The notes: a model not told the origin generated them from the sequence alone. A stretch of DNA of 64,000 bases from an uncultured Actinomycetes bacterium (GCA_963713185.1 CAVQKV010000007.1:83440-147439); one strand, 5' to 3'; shown: positions 10,810 to 21,626, counted from the first letter of the stretch. A program made the numbers and translations.

Positions 10810-12069
10810 TCAGGTCACCAGGTGCAGATGCCACGCGAGGCCGCCACGGATCCGGGCTGGGCCGCCCCTCCCGATCCGATCGCCGCTCGCCGCGAACCGT
10901 CGGCCGGCAACGTCGACGTCGGTCGCCCACAGCCTCGACGCACTCCCGAGTGACAGCTCCCACACCGCCCGACCCCTCGGTGTGTAGGCGCGCGCGAACG
11001 CGTCGATCCCGCCATCGACGGGATCACGCCGAGCACCGACCACGTAGATCGTCCCGCCGGGGCCGATCGACAGGCCCTCGGGCTGCGCCGCACGCCGCGC
11101 GGTCGTCCCCCACGTGCGTGACCATCGCAGCCGGCCGCCCAGGCTGAACCGGCCGAGCCAGGCGTGTCCGGCATCCGATCCCGTGTCGAGGAGCCAGCCG
11201 CCCGTCCGATAGGCAGCGACGGCGAGCTCGGATCCTTCGACGGCGATCGACACGCCGTGGTCCACGTCGCGCCCGTGGTGGTCGCGCAGGACCCGCGTCC
11301 AGATCGCCCGCCCGTCCGGCGAGAGCTTGTGGATGAGGATCTCGACATCGGTGGGATCCACGAGGTCGGTGCGACGGCGTGTCTCGACCCACCCGGTGAG
11401 GTAGATGCTGCCCCCCGGGCCGACCGCCACGTCCGCGACCCCCTCGTGGTTGCGTGCCAAACGTCCAGGCCCGTCCACGTCGTGCGTCCAGAGCAGGTCA
11501 CCGTCGAACGAGAAGGCGCGCACCCAGCCCTCATCGGCCGCGACCGAACAGCATCCGAACTCGTGGCCCGCGATCACGACCATCCCGGCGCCGACCGCCA
11601 CCGAGGTGAGGCGCGTCGCGAGTCCCTCTCGCCATCCCCGCGGCACCCGGCGCCATAGACGCGTGCCGTCTGCCGTGTAGCGCTCGATGAACCATGCCGC
11701 GCCTTCGTAGTGTTCGCGTCCGACGATGCCCCCGAGATACACGGATCCATCGGGACCGTCGGCCACGTCCGTGCCTTCGGTCCACGCGCGGGTCAGTGTC
11801 CATCGCCTGGTCCACAGCCGTCGTCCGGCTGGGCCGTACTTCGCGAGGATCGAGACCGAGGGCTCGTCGATCGACCACTCGGTCCGGGCGGCGACGTACA
11901 CGTTGCCTCGGTCATCGACGGCGACCCCGTCGGCCGCATGCGCGATCCGGCGTTGCCAGTCAACACGTGCGGCGTCGGCGGCAGGGGCCGGCATGGCGGA
12001 TGCCAGACCGACGATCATGGCCGTCAGCGCCGACAAGGAGCGGAGGGCGACGCGGCCGGTGCCGGTCAT
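10810..12069 (-). CDS. secreted beta-propeller repeat protein
   Basis: Signal peptide MTGTGRVALRSLSALTAMIVGLASAMPAPAADA. Repeated ...GNVYVAG.../...GSVYLGG.../...GSIYLTG.../...GTIYVVG... blades. Confidence 0.6.
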   Translation of the reverse strand: MTGTGRVALRSLSALTAMIVGLASAMPAPAADAARVDWQRRIAHAADGVAVDDRGNVYVAARTEWSIDEPSVSILAKYGPAGRRLWTRRWTLTRAWTEGTDVADGPDGSVYLGGIVGREHYEGAAWFIERYTADGTRLWRRVPRGWREGLATRLTSVAVGAGMVVIAGHEFGCCSVAADEGWVRAFSFDGDLLWTHDVDGPGRLARNHEGVADVAVGPGGSIYLTGWVETRRRTDLVDPTDVEILIHKLSPDGRAIWTRVLRDHHGRDVDHGVSIAVEGSELAVAAYRTGGWLLDTGSDAGHAWLGRFSLGGRLRWSRTWGTTARRAAQPEGLSIGPGGTIYVVGARRDPVDGGIDAFARAYTPRGRAVWELSLGSASRLWATDVDVAGRRFAASGDRIGRGGPARIRGGLAWHLHLVT

Positions 12070-12088
12070 GACTCCACACGCCTCCCGA

Positions 12089-12772
12089 TCAGGGCTGCCA
12101 ACACGGGATCCACCCCTCGCGCTGCGCACCGGCCGACACCCGCGTGACCACGGCACGGGTATCCGAGGGCGGCAGGCTCAGGCTCCCGATCAGGCCCCAC
12201 GGCTCTTCGGGATCGACCGCGAAGTACCAGGGGGGTCCCCCACACCCGGGTCGGTCAACGTCGGGAAGGTGCAGGGAGGAGCCGAACGCCGCTCGGAGCT
12301 CGGGGACTCCGGCTCCCACGGAGATCCCCCCGGGCGTCGCGAGCACCACCCCGTCCGACGTCCGACGGTCCGCGCTCCAGGAGACGAGGTGCATCACGCC
12401 GTCGCCTCGGAAGTACCCGGTCCAGTCGTGGAACACGACCTGGAGCCCGTCGAACGCCACGAGCCGAGCGGTGGTGTCGATGCCGCCGTAGCCGAACGGC
12501 ATGTCGCCGCGCATCCGTACGTCCTCGACCGGCTCCCCCAAGCGCTCGATCAGCGCAGGGAGGACCTCCTCCATCGAGCCGCCGAAGGAGACGCCGGCGA
12601 TCCCGTCCGTTCGTAGCTCGAGGGTCTCGGGCGTGGGCGGGGCCGGAGATGCCGTGGTCGTCGAGGAACCCGCCTGCTCGTCTGCACGGTTCGTCACCTG
12701 GCCGATGCTCACCGCGACCAGCACCGCCACAGCCCCCAGCGCCAGCACCGCGGACATCGTCGCGCGCGACAT
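12089..12772 (-). CDS. hypothetical secreted/membrane-anchored protein
   Basis: N-terminal hydrophobic segment MSAVLALGAVAVLVAVSIG. Sits upstream of the beta-propeller gene on the same strand. Confidence 0.45.
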   Translation of the reverse strand: MSRATMSAVLALGAVAVLVAVSIGQVTNRADEQAGSSTTTASPAPPTPETLELRTDGIAGVSFGGSMEEVLPALIERLGEPVEDVRMRGDMPFGYGGIDTTARLVAFDGLQVVFHDWTGYFRGDGVMHLVSWSADRRTSDGVVLATPGGISVGAGVPELRAAFGSSLHLPDVDRPGCGGPPWYFAVDPEEPWGLIGSLSLPPSDTRAVVTRVSAGAQREGWIPCWQP

Positions 12773-12848
12773 CGTCGATCCCCGGTCCACGGTACCCACG
12801 GACCCGCCCGGCGGACAGGGCCGAGGGTCCCCCGAGGGCGCGAGAACG

Positions 12849-14219
12849 CTAGGGAGCGATGTTCTGGTTCAGGTGGAACAGGTTGTCCGGGTCGTAGGCG
12901 CGCTTGATCCGCACGAGACGCTCGTAGTTGCCCTTGTAGTTGGCCCTGATCCGGCCCTGATCGTCGGCGGCCATGAAGTTGACGTAGCCGCCCTCCTCCG
13001 AGTGTGGAGCGACCGCGTCGTGGTATCGACGGACCCAGGCGATGTTCGCCTCGTCCCGGGTGGGCTCGGGCCAGGCCGCCACGATCACCGTGGCGAAGTT
13101 CGCGTCGCGGTAGGCGAACGCCGTGTCCTCGGCGCCCACGCGATGCACCGCGCCGTTGATCGGGTAGATGTGCACCGTCGAGTGCACGGTCGGCACGTCT
13201 GGTCCGTGGGCGACGTGGGCCGCGATAGCCTCGCCGGTCAGCTCCCTGACGAAGTTCGCCTTCCAGTAGTGCCGCAGCCCAGGTGGCAGCAGGCCGTCGA
13301 ACGCGCCGTTCAGCACCGGGTACGGCATCGGGCCGACGTGCTCCGCGACCACGGGCGCGACGTCGTGGAACGGCTTCAGCGCGCGCTCGCCCTCTTCGAG
13401 CGGTCCCGCCCAGCACGCCACGATCGCGATGAACGTGTCGCCGTGCCGGTCCTCGGGGATGAACGGCAGGGGTGGCGCGATCTGGAACGCGGGGAACGCG
13501 CCCATCTGCTCGGGGGCGTCCGCGATGTACTCGCGGTAGAAGCGCAGGACGTTCTCGGCCTCGCTCAGCTCGTAGAACATCGGACCGCCGTAGATCTCCT
13601 TCACGGGATGGAGCCGGAACTCGAACGACGTGGCCACGCCGAAGTTCCCGCTGCCGCCGCGGATCGCCCAGAACAGGTCCTCGTGGTGGCGTTCGCTCGC
13701 CTGGACCATGGCGCCGTCGGCGGTGACGACGTCGGCCGAGATCAGGTTGTCGATCGACAGGCCGAAGCCGCGGGCCAGGTAGCCGATCCCGCCTCCGAGC
13801 GTGAGACCGGCGACCCCGGTCGTGGAGATGATCCCGCCCGTCGTCGCGAGGCCGAACGGGTACGTCGCCGCGTTGAAGTCGCCCCACGTCGCGCCGCCCT
13901 CGACCCGCGCCGTCGAGGACGCCGGGTCCACGCGCACGCCGCGCATCCCCGACAGGTCGATCACCGCCCCGCCGTCGCACGTCCCGAACCCGGGCACGCT
14001 GTGCCCGCCGCCGCGAACCGCCAGGTCCAGCCCGTTCTCGCGCGCGAAGTTCACGGCGGCCATCACGTCGCCCGCGGTCGCCGGCCGGACGACCACGGCG
14101 GGCCGCCGGTCGATCATCCCGTTGTAGACGGCGCGAGCCTGGTCGTACCGATCGTCGTCGGGCGAGATCACCTCGCCGCGCACCTGCGCCTGTAGTTCGT
14201 CGATCGCGAGCGTCCTCAT
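12849..14219 (-). CDS. FAD-binding oxidoreductase (PCMH-type, BBE/VAO-like)
   Basis: 456 aa: ...VVRPATAGDVMAAVNFARENGLDLAVRGGGHS...GGGIGYLARGFGLSIDNL...YDPDNLFHLNQNIAP. Only the 3' 1371 nt of the 1014-aa ORF is this gene. Confidence 0.85.
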   Translation of the reverse strand: MRTLAIDELQAQVRGEVISPDDDRYDQARAVYNGMIDRRPAVVVRPATAGDVMAAVNFARENGLDLAVRGGGHSVPGFGTCDGGAVIDLSGMRGVRVDPASSTARVEGGATWGDFNAATYPFGLATTGGIISTTGVAGLTLGGGIGYLARGFGLSIDNLISADVVTADGAMVQASERHHEDLFWAIRGGSGNFGVATSFEFRLHPVKEIYGGPMFYELSEAENVLRFYREYIADAPEQMGAFPAFQIAPPLPFIPEDRHGDTFIAIVACWAGPLEEGERALKPFHDVAPVVAEHVGPMPYPVLNGAFDGLLPPGLRHYWKANFVRELTGEAIAAHVAHGPDVPTVHSTVHIYPINGAVHRVGAEDTAFAYRDANFATVIVAAWPEPTRDEANIAWVRRYHDAVAPHSEEGGYVNFMAADDQGRIRANYKGNYERLVRIKRAYDPDNLFHLNQNIAP

Positions 14220-14321
14220 GCCGCCACCTCCGCGTGCTCGGAAGGCCGGACCGTAGACCGCGTGCGTGTGAACGGGAGTGAGAATGTCCCGACCTTGTCG
14301 GAACCCGTGCGTGCGAGCAGG

Positions 14322-16185
14322 ATGGCTACCGTGCCGATCGCCGCCCACCTGCTCGGGCCCCCCCTGATGATCCGCGACGGTGTGGTCTACGCCCCGCCGA
14401 AGGGCAAGAAGGTCTGGGCGCTGTTGGCTTACCTGGTGCTCTCGGACAGGCCGCCGACCCGTTCCCAGCTTGTCGAGCTCCTGTTCCCGGACGCCGAGGA
14501 TCCCGCCGGCGCGCTCCGATGGAACCTGTCGGAGCTTCGGCGCCTGCTCGGCGGGCCGGATACCGTCGGCAGTGGGAACGCGGTCCACCTGCGGCTGCCC
14601 GAAGGCTCGGTGATCGACGTCCACGTGCTGATGGCGGGCACATCCTTCGAGGCGGTCGAACTGCCCGGCCTCGGCCGCGAGCTCCTCGAGGGTGTGGAGG
14701 TCGATGCGAGCGCCGGGTTCGCGGCCTGGCTGCTGGGGGAACGGCGCCGGCTGCAGGCGCTCGGCGGATCCGTGCTGCGCGAGGGGGCGCTCCGGGCGCT
14801 CGCCGCCGGCGACGCGCGCACCGCGGTCGAGCTCGCCACGCGCATGGTCGCGGCCGACCCATTGAACGAGGACGCGCACGCCCTGTTGATCCGCGCGTTC
14901 GCCGGCACCGGCGACGAGGTTGCCGTGCAGCGGCAGCTCTCGGCGTCGGTCGACCTGTTCCGTCGCGAGCTGGGTGTCGAGCCGGGCCCCGAGCTCGCCG
15001 AAGCCGCGGTCCTCGAGTCCCCGCGAGCGGCTCCGGTCGTCGGCGCCGGGCCGCCCGCGCTGCGGGCGCTCATCGAATCGGGTGAGGCCGCCGTGAACGC
15101 CGGCGCGATCGAGGCCGGACTCGAGAGCCTCCGCAACGCCGTCGCCGCCAGCCGGGGCGCGGGCGCGACCGAGGAGGAGGCCGCGGCCCTGCTCGCCCTC
15201 GGCTCCGCGCTCGTGCACTCGACGAAGGGCAAGGACGAGGAGGGCGCCGCGGCCCTCCACCGATGCATCGCGGCGGCCGAGGCGACCGGCAGACCCGCGC
15301 TCGCCGCGTCGGCGCATCGCGAGCTCGGCTACGTCGAGGTCCTCCGGGGCGACTACCCCAGAGCGTGGACGTGGCTCCGAGCCGCGGAGGAGCTCGCCGG
15401 CGGCGACGCGCTCGAGATCGCGAACATCCGCGCGGTGACCGGGGCCGGCCTCGCCGACACCGGGGCGCACGAGCAGGCCGAGACGGCCTTCCGCGAGGCG
15501 ATCGAGCTGGCGGCGTCGGTCGGACAGACGAAACAGGAGGCGTGGCCACAGGCGGTCCTCGGCCGAACACAGCTGCTGCGCAACGAGCTCGCGCTCGCGG
15601 AGGCATCGCTCGAACGGGGACGCGAGCTGAGCCGGAACGAGCGGTGGACGGCGTTCCTCGCCTACCCCGAGGCGCTGCTCGCCGAGGTGTGGGTCCGCAG
15701 GGGCGACGTGGATCGCGCGTCCGAGGCGTTCGAGCACGCGTTCGCACTCGGGGCACAGGTGGACGACACCTGCTGGGAGGCGTACGCGGTCCGGGGGTTC
15801 GGGCTCCTGCATGCGGCGCGGGGCGATCTCGGGGCCGCGGTCGAGGCGATGCAGCGCTCGCTCACCACGTGCGCCCGCCGGCGCGACACCCATCTGTGGG
15901 TCCGCGCGTACGTGCTGGACGCCCTCTGCGCCGTGGCCGTCGCGGCGCGGTCATCCGACGGCGAGCGGGTGGGTGACGGACCTCGCATCTCTCACGGGGC
16001 GGCTGGGGATGCGCGAGCTCGCGGTCCGCGCGTACCTGCATCGCCGCGATCTCGGCGACCCGTCGGCGGTCGACGCGGCCCGGGTCCTGTCGGTCGGCGT
16101 CGAGAACCCCCATCTCCTCGAGCTCGTCGATCCGGGCGGCCCCTCGCTGCTCGACGACCTCCTCGGCAAGGGCGGACCGACGTAG
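14322..16185 (+). CDS. SARP/AfsR-family regulator (OmpR-type DNA-binding domain + BTAD + TPR), frameshift near 15945
   Basis: N-terminus LLGPPLMIRDGVVYAPPKGKKVWALLAYLVLSDRPPTRSQLVELLFPD, then a BTAD region (...DEVAVQRQLSASVDLFRRELGVEPGPEL) and TPR-like repeats. The C-terminus continues in another frame (...LRGDLGAAVE... then GHPTASGWVTDLASLTGRLGMRELAVRAYLHRRDLGD...GGPT*). Confidence 0.7.
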
Positions 16186-16235
16186 GCGCGCGCGCGGACC
16201 CCGCCGACCGTCCGTCTCGCGAGCCGACCGGCGAG

Positions 16236-16676
16236 GTGCGCCTGCGGAACGCGACCGAGGACGACCTCCCGATCTTCTTCGACGACCAGCGGGACCCGGA
16301 GGCCACCAAGATGGCCGCGTTCGCGCCCCGGGATCGCGACGCGTTCATGACGCACTGGCGGACGATCCTGCGGGACCCCTCGGTCGTCGTGCGGACGATC
16401 GAGCTCGACGGGCAGGTGGCGGGCAACGTCCTTGCGTTCGAGCACGAGGGCCGGCGCGAGGTGGGCTACTGGATCGGGCGAACGTTCTGGGGCAAGGGCG
16501 TGGCGACCCGAGCGCTCTCGGCCTTCCTCGGTGAGGTGCGCGCTCGCCCGCTCTACGCGGGGGTCGCGGAGCACAACCACGCCTCGATCCGGGTGCTCGA
16601 GAAGTGCGGGTTCAGGGTCTCGGACGAGGACGGCCCCGGTGAGGCCACGTTCCTCCTCCTGAAGCTCGCGACCTAG
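16236..16676 (+). CDS. GNAT-family N-acetyltransferase
   Basis: VRLRNATEDDLPIFFD...VAGNVLAFEHEGRREVGYWIGRTFWGKGVATRALSAFL...ASIRVLEKCGF. In frame with, but separate from, the SARP gene. Confidence 0.75.
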   Translation: MRLRNATEDDLPIFFDDQRDPEATKMAAFAPRDRDAFMTHWRTILRDPSVVVRTIELDGQVAGNVLAFEHEGRREVGYWIGRTFWGKGVATRALSAFLGEVRARPLYAGVAEHNHASIRVLEKCGFRVSDEDGPGEATFLLLKLAT

Positions 16677-16801
16677 GAGGCCCAGTGTCGCCGGCGCGCC
16701 GTCCGCCCGGCCCGCAGACCCACGGCCCTTCGCCCCCCGGCGCACCCGCGGCTCCCTGGTCGACTGGATGTGGCCGGCGGATCGGTCAGGGAGGTAACGA
16801 C

Positions 16802-17506
16802 ATGCTTCGTCAACGGATCGGACAAGCGATCGGTACGAGTTCGTTCGGCGCGCCGCTCGAGTACGGGCTCGACACGGTCTACGGCGTGCTCCACCCGTCG
16901 CTGCTCGCGAGCGGTGCGACGTCGGAAGAGGAGCGCCGTCCGCTGCCCGGCGACGAGATCGTGCACGAACCGATGTGGGAGGCCACCCGGGCCGAGACGA
17001 TCGCGGCTCGTCCGATGGCCGTCTGGCCCTGGGTGGCGCAGATGGGGTACGGACGCGGCGGCTACTACTGCCTCTCGCCGTTCGACCCCCAGCACCTGCG
17101 CGACCTCGGCGTGATCCAGCCCCACCTGCAACGGCTCAGGGTCGGGGACGTCTGGCTCGACGGCCCGGGGTGCGACGAGGGCAAGGGCGCGTGGCGCGTC
17201 CGTGTGATCGAGCCCGGGAACGCGGTCGTCCTGCAGTCGCTGCGCGACCCGTTCACCGGTCGCGAGCTCGACCCGACCGATCGGGGATCGAGATGGATCG
17301 ACTGCTCGTGGGCGTTCGTGCTGGTCCCGAGCCCTCCGCGTTCGACCAGGATCCTCGCGCGCACGCGGGTGCGGTTCGCACCCGAGTGGGCCGGCCTCGC
17401 CGCCAGGCTCGTCTTCGGGGCCGGCGACACGGTGATGCAGCGCACGATGCTGCGCGGGATCCGGGAGCGAGCCGAACGCACACCGGACGCCCGCCAGGCC
17501 GCGTGA
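16802..17506 (+). CDS. hypothetical protein, possibly SRPBCC-like ligand-binding fold
   Basis: MLRQRIGQAIG...ARPMAVWPWVAQMGYGRGGYY.... GGGAGG ribosome-binding site 8 nt upstream. The family call is tentative. Confidence 0.45.
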   Translation: MLRQRIGQAIGTSSFGAPLEYGLDTVYGVLHPSLLASGATSEEERRPLPGDEIVHEPMWEATRAETIAARPMAVWPWVAQMGYGRGGYYCLSPFDPQHLRDLGVIQPHLQRLRVGDVWLDGPGCDEGKGAWRVRVIEPGNAVVLQSLRDPFTGRELDPTDRGSRWIDCSWAFVLVPSPPRSTRILARTRVRFAPEWAGLAARLVFGAGDTVMQRTMLRGIRERAERTPDARQAA

Positions 17507-17622
17507 GAGACGTGACCGTTCGAGGGTAGCGTCACCCGGGGTCGGGACCGGGGGAGAACCCCACCCCCAAGAGGCCCGGTGGCAGGATTGGAGCGCCTTC
17601 GTGCCCGGCCTAGCCTGCAGAC

Positions 17623-18982
17623 ATGGACACCAACATGACGCTCCCCGCTCCTCCCGCTCCGATCCGGACCCCGAACCCGGTGGCCCGCGCCCTGCGTGCG
17701 CCGATCGAGCTCCGGACATGGCGGGAGACGCTCCACCTGCTGCTCAACCTGCCGATCGGCATCGCCACCTTCACGATCGTCGTGACCGGGTTCGCGCTCG
17801 GGTTCGGCCTGCTGATCACCTTGGTGGGGATCCCGATCCTGATCGCGATGCTGTACGTCTCGCGAGGGATGGGCTGGTTCGAACGAGGGACGGGCGAAGC
17901 TCCTCCTCGACGTCGACGTCCCTTCGCCCTACCGGGCCGACCCGGCCAGCGACCGCTGGTGGCGCGTGCCCGTTTCGCGCCTGACCGATCCGGCCACGTG
18001 GACCGAGATCGTCTACCACCTCCTGATGCTTCCGATCGGCATCTTCACCTTCACGGTGGCGTTCACGTTCTGGGTGCTCGGGCTCTCGCTGGTGTTCCTC
18101 CCGGTCTACGCCTGGGCGCTCCCGCAACCGGTGCACCTGTTCGACTCGTGGGTCAAGGTCACGATCGACGCCCAGCCGCACATCGCCCTGATCGGTGGGG
18201 GCAACGGATGGGCGATCGACTCCCCGATCGAATACGCGGCCATGGTCCTCATCGGCGTCGCGGTCATCTTCCTCACCCCCTGGGTCGTCCGGGGGTTGGC
18301 CACCGCGAACCGGTTCCTGGTCCGCGGCATGCTCGGCAGCGACGTGACCGCTCGGGTACGGTCGCTGACCGAGTCCCGGGCCGCCGCGGTCGACCTCGCC
18401 GCGGAGGACCGCCGCCGGATCGAGCGAGACCTGCACGACGGCGTGCAGCAGCGGCTCGTGTCGCTCGCGATGGATCTCGGGCGAGCGAAGGAGAAGCTCG
18501 ACACGGATCCCGAGCGCGCGAAGGAGCTCGTCGACGAGGCCCACGAGGAGGCCAAGCGCGCGATCACCGAGGTGCGCGACCTCGCGCGTGGGATCCACCC
18601 CGCCGTCCTGACCGACCGAGGGCTCGACGCGGCGCTGTCCTCCCTCGCGGCGCGCTCCCCGATCCCGGTCGAGGTCGAGGTCGAGGTGGACGAACGGCCG
18701 CCGGCGTCGATCGAGGCCGCCGCCTACTTCGTCGTGAGCGAGGCCCTCACCAACGTCACCAAGCACGCCGCGGCTTCGAAGGCGACCGTGACCGTGCGAA
18801 GGAGCGGCGACCGGCTCACGGTCCAGGTGCAGGACGATGGAACAGGAGGCGCGGTCGTCGCCGAGGGTTCCGGCCTCGCGGGTCTGCGCGACCGCGTGCG
18901 AGCCCTCGACGGCGAGCTCCACCTGCTCTCGCCCCGGGGCGGACCCACCGTCTTGATGGCGGAGATCCCGTGCGGGTCGTGA
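17623..18982 (+). CDS. sensor histidine kinase (NarX/HisKA_3 type), frameshift near 17900
   Basis: N-terminal sensor/transmembrane region in frame 1. The HisKA_3 and HATPase core (DLHDGVQQRLVSLAMDLG...VVSEALTNVTKHAAAS...GSGLAGLRDRV) is in frame 2. Confidence 0.75.
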
Positions 18983-19614
18983 TCGCGGAGGACGCCGTCC
19001 TGCTCCGCGAGGGTCTCGCCAGCCTGCTCGCCGATGACGGGCACGAGGTCGTCGCGTCGGTCGGCGATGCGCTCGGGCTCGTCGAGGCCGTGGAGCGAGA
19101 GCGCCCCGACGTGTGCATCGTCGACGTCCGCATGCCGCCCACGTTCACGGACGAGGGCCTGCGGGCGGCGACCGAGATCAGGTCGCGGTGGCCGGGCACG
19201 CCCGTCCTGGTGCTCTCGCAGTACGTCGAGGAGCGCTACGCGATCGAACTGCTCTCGGGCGACACCAGCGGCGTCGGCTACCTGCTGAAGCAGCGTGTCG
19301 CCGACGTCCGCGAGTTCCTGGACGCGCTGGTCCGCGTCGCGCAGGGCGGGACGGCCCTGGACCCCGAGGTGGTGGCGCAGCTCCTCGCCCGCGCCCGCAG
19401 GCACCCGCACGACGAGCTCACGCCGCGCGAGCGAGAGGTGCTGGCCCTCATGGCCGAGGGCCTCTCGAACGCGGGCATCGCCCAGCGGCTGGTCGTCACG
19501 GAGGGCGCGGTCGAGAAGCACGTCACGAACATCTTCACGAAGCTCGGCCTCCAGCCCGCGGAGACCGACCATCGGCGTGTGCTGGCCGTCCTTCGCCACC
19601 TCGAGGACCGCTAG
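18970..19614 (+). CDS. LuxR/NarL-family response regulator
   Basis: VRVVIAEDAVLLREGLASLL...DVRMPP receiver domain, then LTPREREVLALMAEGLSNAGIAQRLVVTEGAVEKHVTNIFTKLG. The GTG start overlaps the kinase stop codon. Confidence 0.85.
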   Translation: MRVVIAEDAVLLREGLASLLADDGHEVVASVGDALGLVEAVERERPDVCIVDVRMPPTFTDEGLRAATEIRSRWPGTPVLVLSQYVEERYAIELLSGDTSGVGYLLKQRVADVREFLDALVRVAQGGTALDPEVVAQLLARARRHPHDELTPREREVLALMAEGLSNAGIAQRLVVTEGAVEKHVTNIFTKLGLQPAETDHRRVLAVLRHLEDR

Positions 19615-19736
19615 TCGGCCGGCGAGCAGGCCGAACGCACTCCCGCTCGGATCCGAACCGCGCGAATCGGGACCGTCGGCCCCCCAGATCCGCGGGCGGG
19701 TGCGATGGTGGAGGTGAGACATCTCGGGAGTTCGAC

Positions 19737-20879
19737 GTGCGACGGCTGCGCTCGGTATCACGTTGGTCCTGGTTCCCGGTCCTCGCGCTCGTGGGGGCGC
19801 TCGCGAGCCCCGCCGCGGCGTCGGGCGCCTCCGGTCAGCCGCCACCGAACTGGCAGCCGATGCCCAAGGCCCCGATCGCCGGACGCGTCAGCGCCGGGGT
19901 GGTCTGGACGGGCGAGGAGATGATCGTGTGGGGAGGCGTCGTCCGCGGCCAGCACATCGAAGGCGTCGGCGACGGCGCCGCGTTCGATCCCGCGCGGGCC
20001 TCCTGGCGCTCGATCCGCTCGGCGCCGGAGGGAGTGCTCGGCGGCGGCGGGCAAGCGGCGGCCTGGACCGGACGGCGCGCCGTGTTCTGGGCGGGGAACT
20101 CGCCCGACGGTCCCGCACGCGGCGCCGTCTACAACCCAAGGACGGATCGGTGGCGCCGGCTATCCCGTGGACCGCTCGGAGCGCGCGAGGGGTACGTGTC
20201 CGCGTGGACCGGGGCCGAGCTCGTCATCGTAGGCGGCTCGTCCGGTGACGCGCTCGCTCGCCCGATCGCCGCGGCCGTGGACCCTCGAGCAGATTCTTGG
20301 CGCCGGTTGCCCGGCCTGAACGCTCTGGACGGCCTGCTGCCGAGCGGCGTCGTCGTGACGGGAGATCGGCTCTTCATCGGCGGGGTCGTCTACGACTGCC
20401 CCGCGCCGGATCCCTGTACGTCCGGTCCGGCCTTCCTCTCCTACGACCTCGGGTCGGACCAGATGCAGGAGATCGACCTGACGAACGCGCCCGATCCATC
20501 GTTCACGCCGGTCGGCTGGACCGGGACCGAGGTCTTCGGCACCGGCGACGATCGCTCGAGTATCGTGTTCTACGACCCGGTGACGGACCGGTGGCGCACC
20601 GGGGCGACGGCCCCGTGCGCGGTCGAGGACTCCGCGGACCGCCAGGTGGCGTTCCTGGTCGATCGATACGTGGCGGCGTGCGGGAAGGACGCGCTCCAGA
20701 TCTACACGCTCGCGTCCGACACGTGGGAGAGTGTCCCGGCGGGCCACTCGCCCCTCAACTCGCGGTGGGGGAGCCAGATCGCCTGGACGGGCGAGGAGCT
20801 CATCGTGTGGAGCGGGGTCGCTCGACGCACGTTCAACCCGACGCCGAACAGCGGGAAGACGATCACGCTCGCCGCCTGA
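19737..20879 (+). CDS. secreted Kelch-repeat (beta-propeller) protein
   Basis: Signal peptide VRRLRSVSRWSWFPVLALVGALASPAAASGAS. Repeated W-containing blades (VVWTGEEMIVWGG; AAWTGRRAVFWAG; SAWTGAELVIVGG; IAWTGEELIVWSG). Confidence 0.6.
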   Translation: MRRLRSVSRWSWFPVLALVGALASPAAASGASGQPPPNWQPMPKAPIAGRVSAGVVWTGEEMIVWGGVVRGQHIEGVGDGAAFDPARASWRSIRSAPEGVLGGGGQAAAWTGRRAVFWAGNSPDGPARGAVYNPRTDRWRRLSRGPLGAREGYVSAWTGAELVIVGGSSGDALARPIAAAVDPRADSWRRLPGLNALDGLLPSGVVVTGDRLFIGGVVYDCPAPDPCTSGPAFLSYDLGSDQMQEIDLTNAPDPSFTPVGWTGTEVFGTGDDRSSIVFYDPVTDRWRTGATAPCAVEDSADRQVAFLVDRYVAACGKDALQIYTLASDTWESVPAGHSPLNSRWGSQIAWTGEELIVWSGVARRTFNPTPNSGKTITLAA

Positions 20880-20929
20880 ACCGGGCGTGGAGGATGACGC
20901 TTGCGTTCCGCTTGCGCTAATCTCGCGGC

Positions 20930-21619
20930 ATGGGTTCGATCACGGCCACGAGGCTCGACCCCGCGCTCTGCGCCGAGGTGACGCGATGGCTCCCGGCGGC
21001 CCTCGCGGGGAACGAGGGAGCCGCGCGCCGATACACACGCGCCTGGCGGGAACTGGTCGGCACCATCGTCGCGGAACACCCGGAGGCGCCGCCCTCCACG
21101 GCCGACGTGCTCGAGCATCTCGCCCTCACCGCACCGTTCGACCCCGGTGGACCGCTCCGTGAGCTGGTGTCGGTGGCGGCGAGCATCATCCCGAAGATGG
21201 AGGGGGCCACGATCCCGCGCACGCCGCGGCCCTCGCATCCGTCGGCGACCGGCCTGCGCGGCTTCACCCGGGCGGTCCTCGTCGAGCTCGCTCGCCCCGG
21301 CGCGAGCCTCGAACGCGTCATCCGCGGATGGGATCTCACGATCACCGACGTCGCTCGGCTCTTCGGCGTCCGGCGGCAAGCCGTCCAGCAGTGGCTCGAC
21401 GACGGGGTGCCGTCGGCGCGGCAGACCAAGCTCCTCGCGCTCAGCGAGATCGTCGACCTGCTCGAGCGGAACCTTCTGCCCGAGCGGATCCCGGGGGTCG
21501 TCCGCACCTCGAGCGAGACCTACGGCGGTGTCTCCATGCTCGAGATGATCGCGGCCGATCGCCACGGAGAGCTCCTGCAGAGCGTCCGTCGATCGTTCGA
21601 TTGGGCCTGGAGCGCCTGA
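20930..21619 (+). CDS. antitoxin, Xre/MbcA/ParS-like (DUF2384-type) partner of the RES toxin
   Basis: 229 aa immediately upstream of and overlapping the RES gene. The C-terminal region (...SETYGGVSMLEMIAADRHGELLQSVRRSFDW) resembles the toxin-binding domain. Confidence 0.65.
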   Translation: MGSITATRLDPALCAEVTRWLPAALAGNEGAARRYTRAWRELVGTIVAEHPEAPPSTADVLEHLALTAPFDPGGPLRELVSVAASIIPKMEGATIPRTPRPSHPSATGLRGFTRAVLVELARPGASLERVIRGWDLTITDVARLFGVRRQAVQQWLDDGVPSARQTKLLALSEIVDLLERNLLPERIPGVVRTSSETYGGVSMLEMIAADRHGELLQSVRRSFDWAWSA

Positions 21620-21626
21620 CGATCGG

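Noticed and set aside
9168-11147. 659-aa plus-strand ORF
   Set aside because: Antisense to three minus-strand genes with signal peptides or motifs. Composition (R, G, P, H-rich) is not protein-like.
12849-15893. 1014-aa single minus-strand ORF
   Set aside because: Only the 3' 1371 nt encode the FAD oxidase (a clear Met start with the conserved N-terminus). The upstream 1.6 kb is antisense to the SARP regulator.
17623-19614. 663-aa ORF read as one protein
   Set aside because: It is really a histidine kinase (with a frameshift) followed by a separate response regulator starting at GTG 18970. The long frame-1 middle section is Arg/Gly-rich nonsense.
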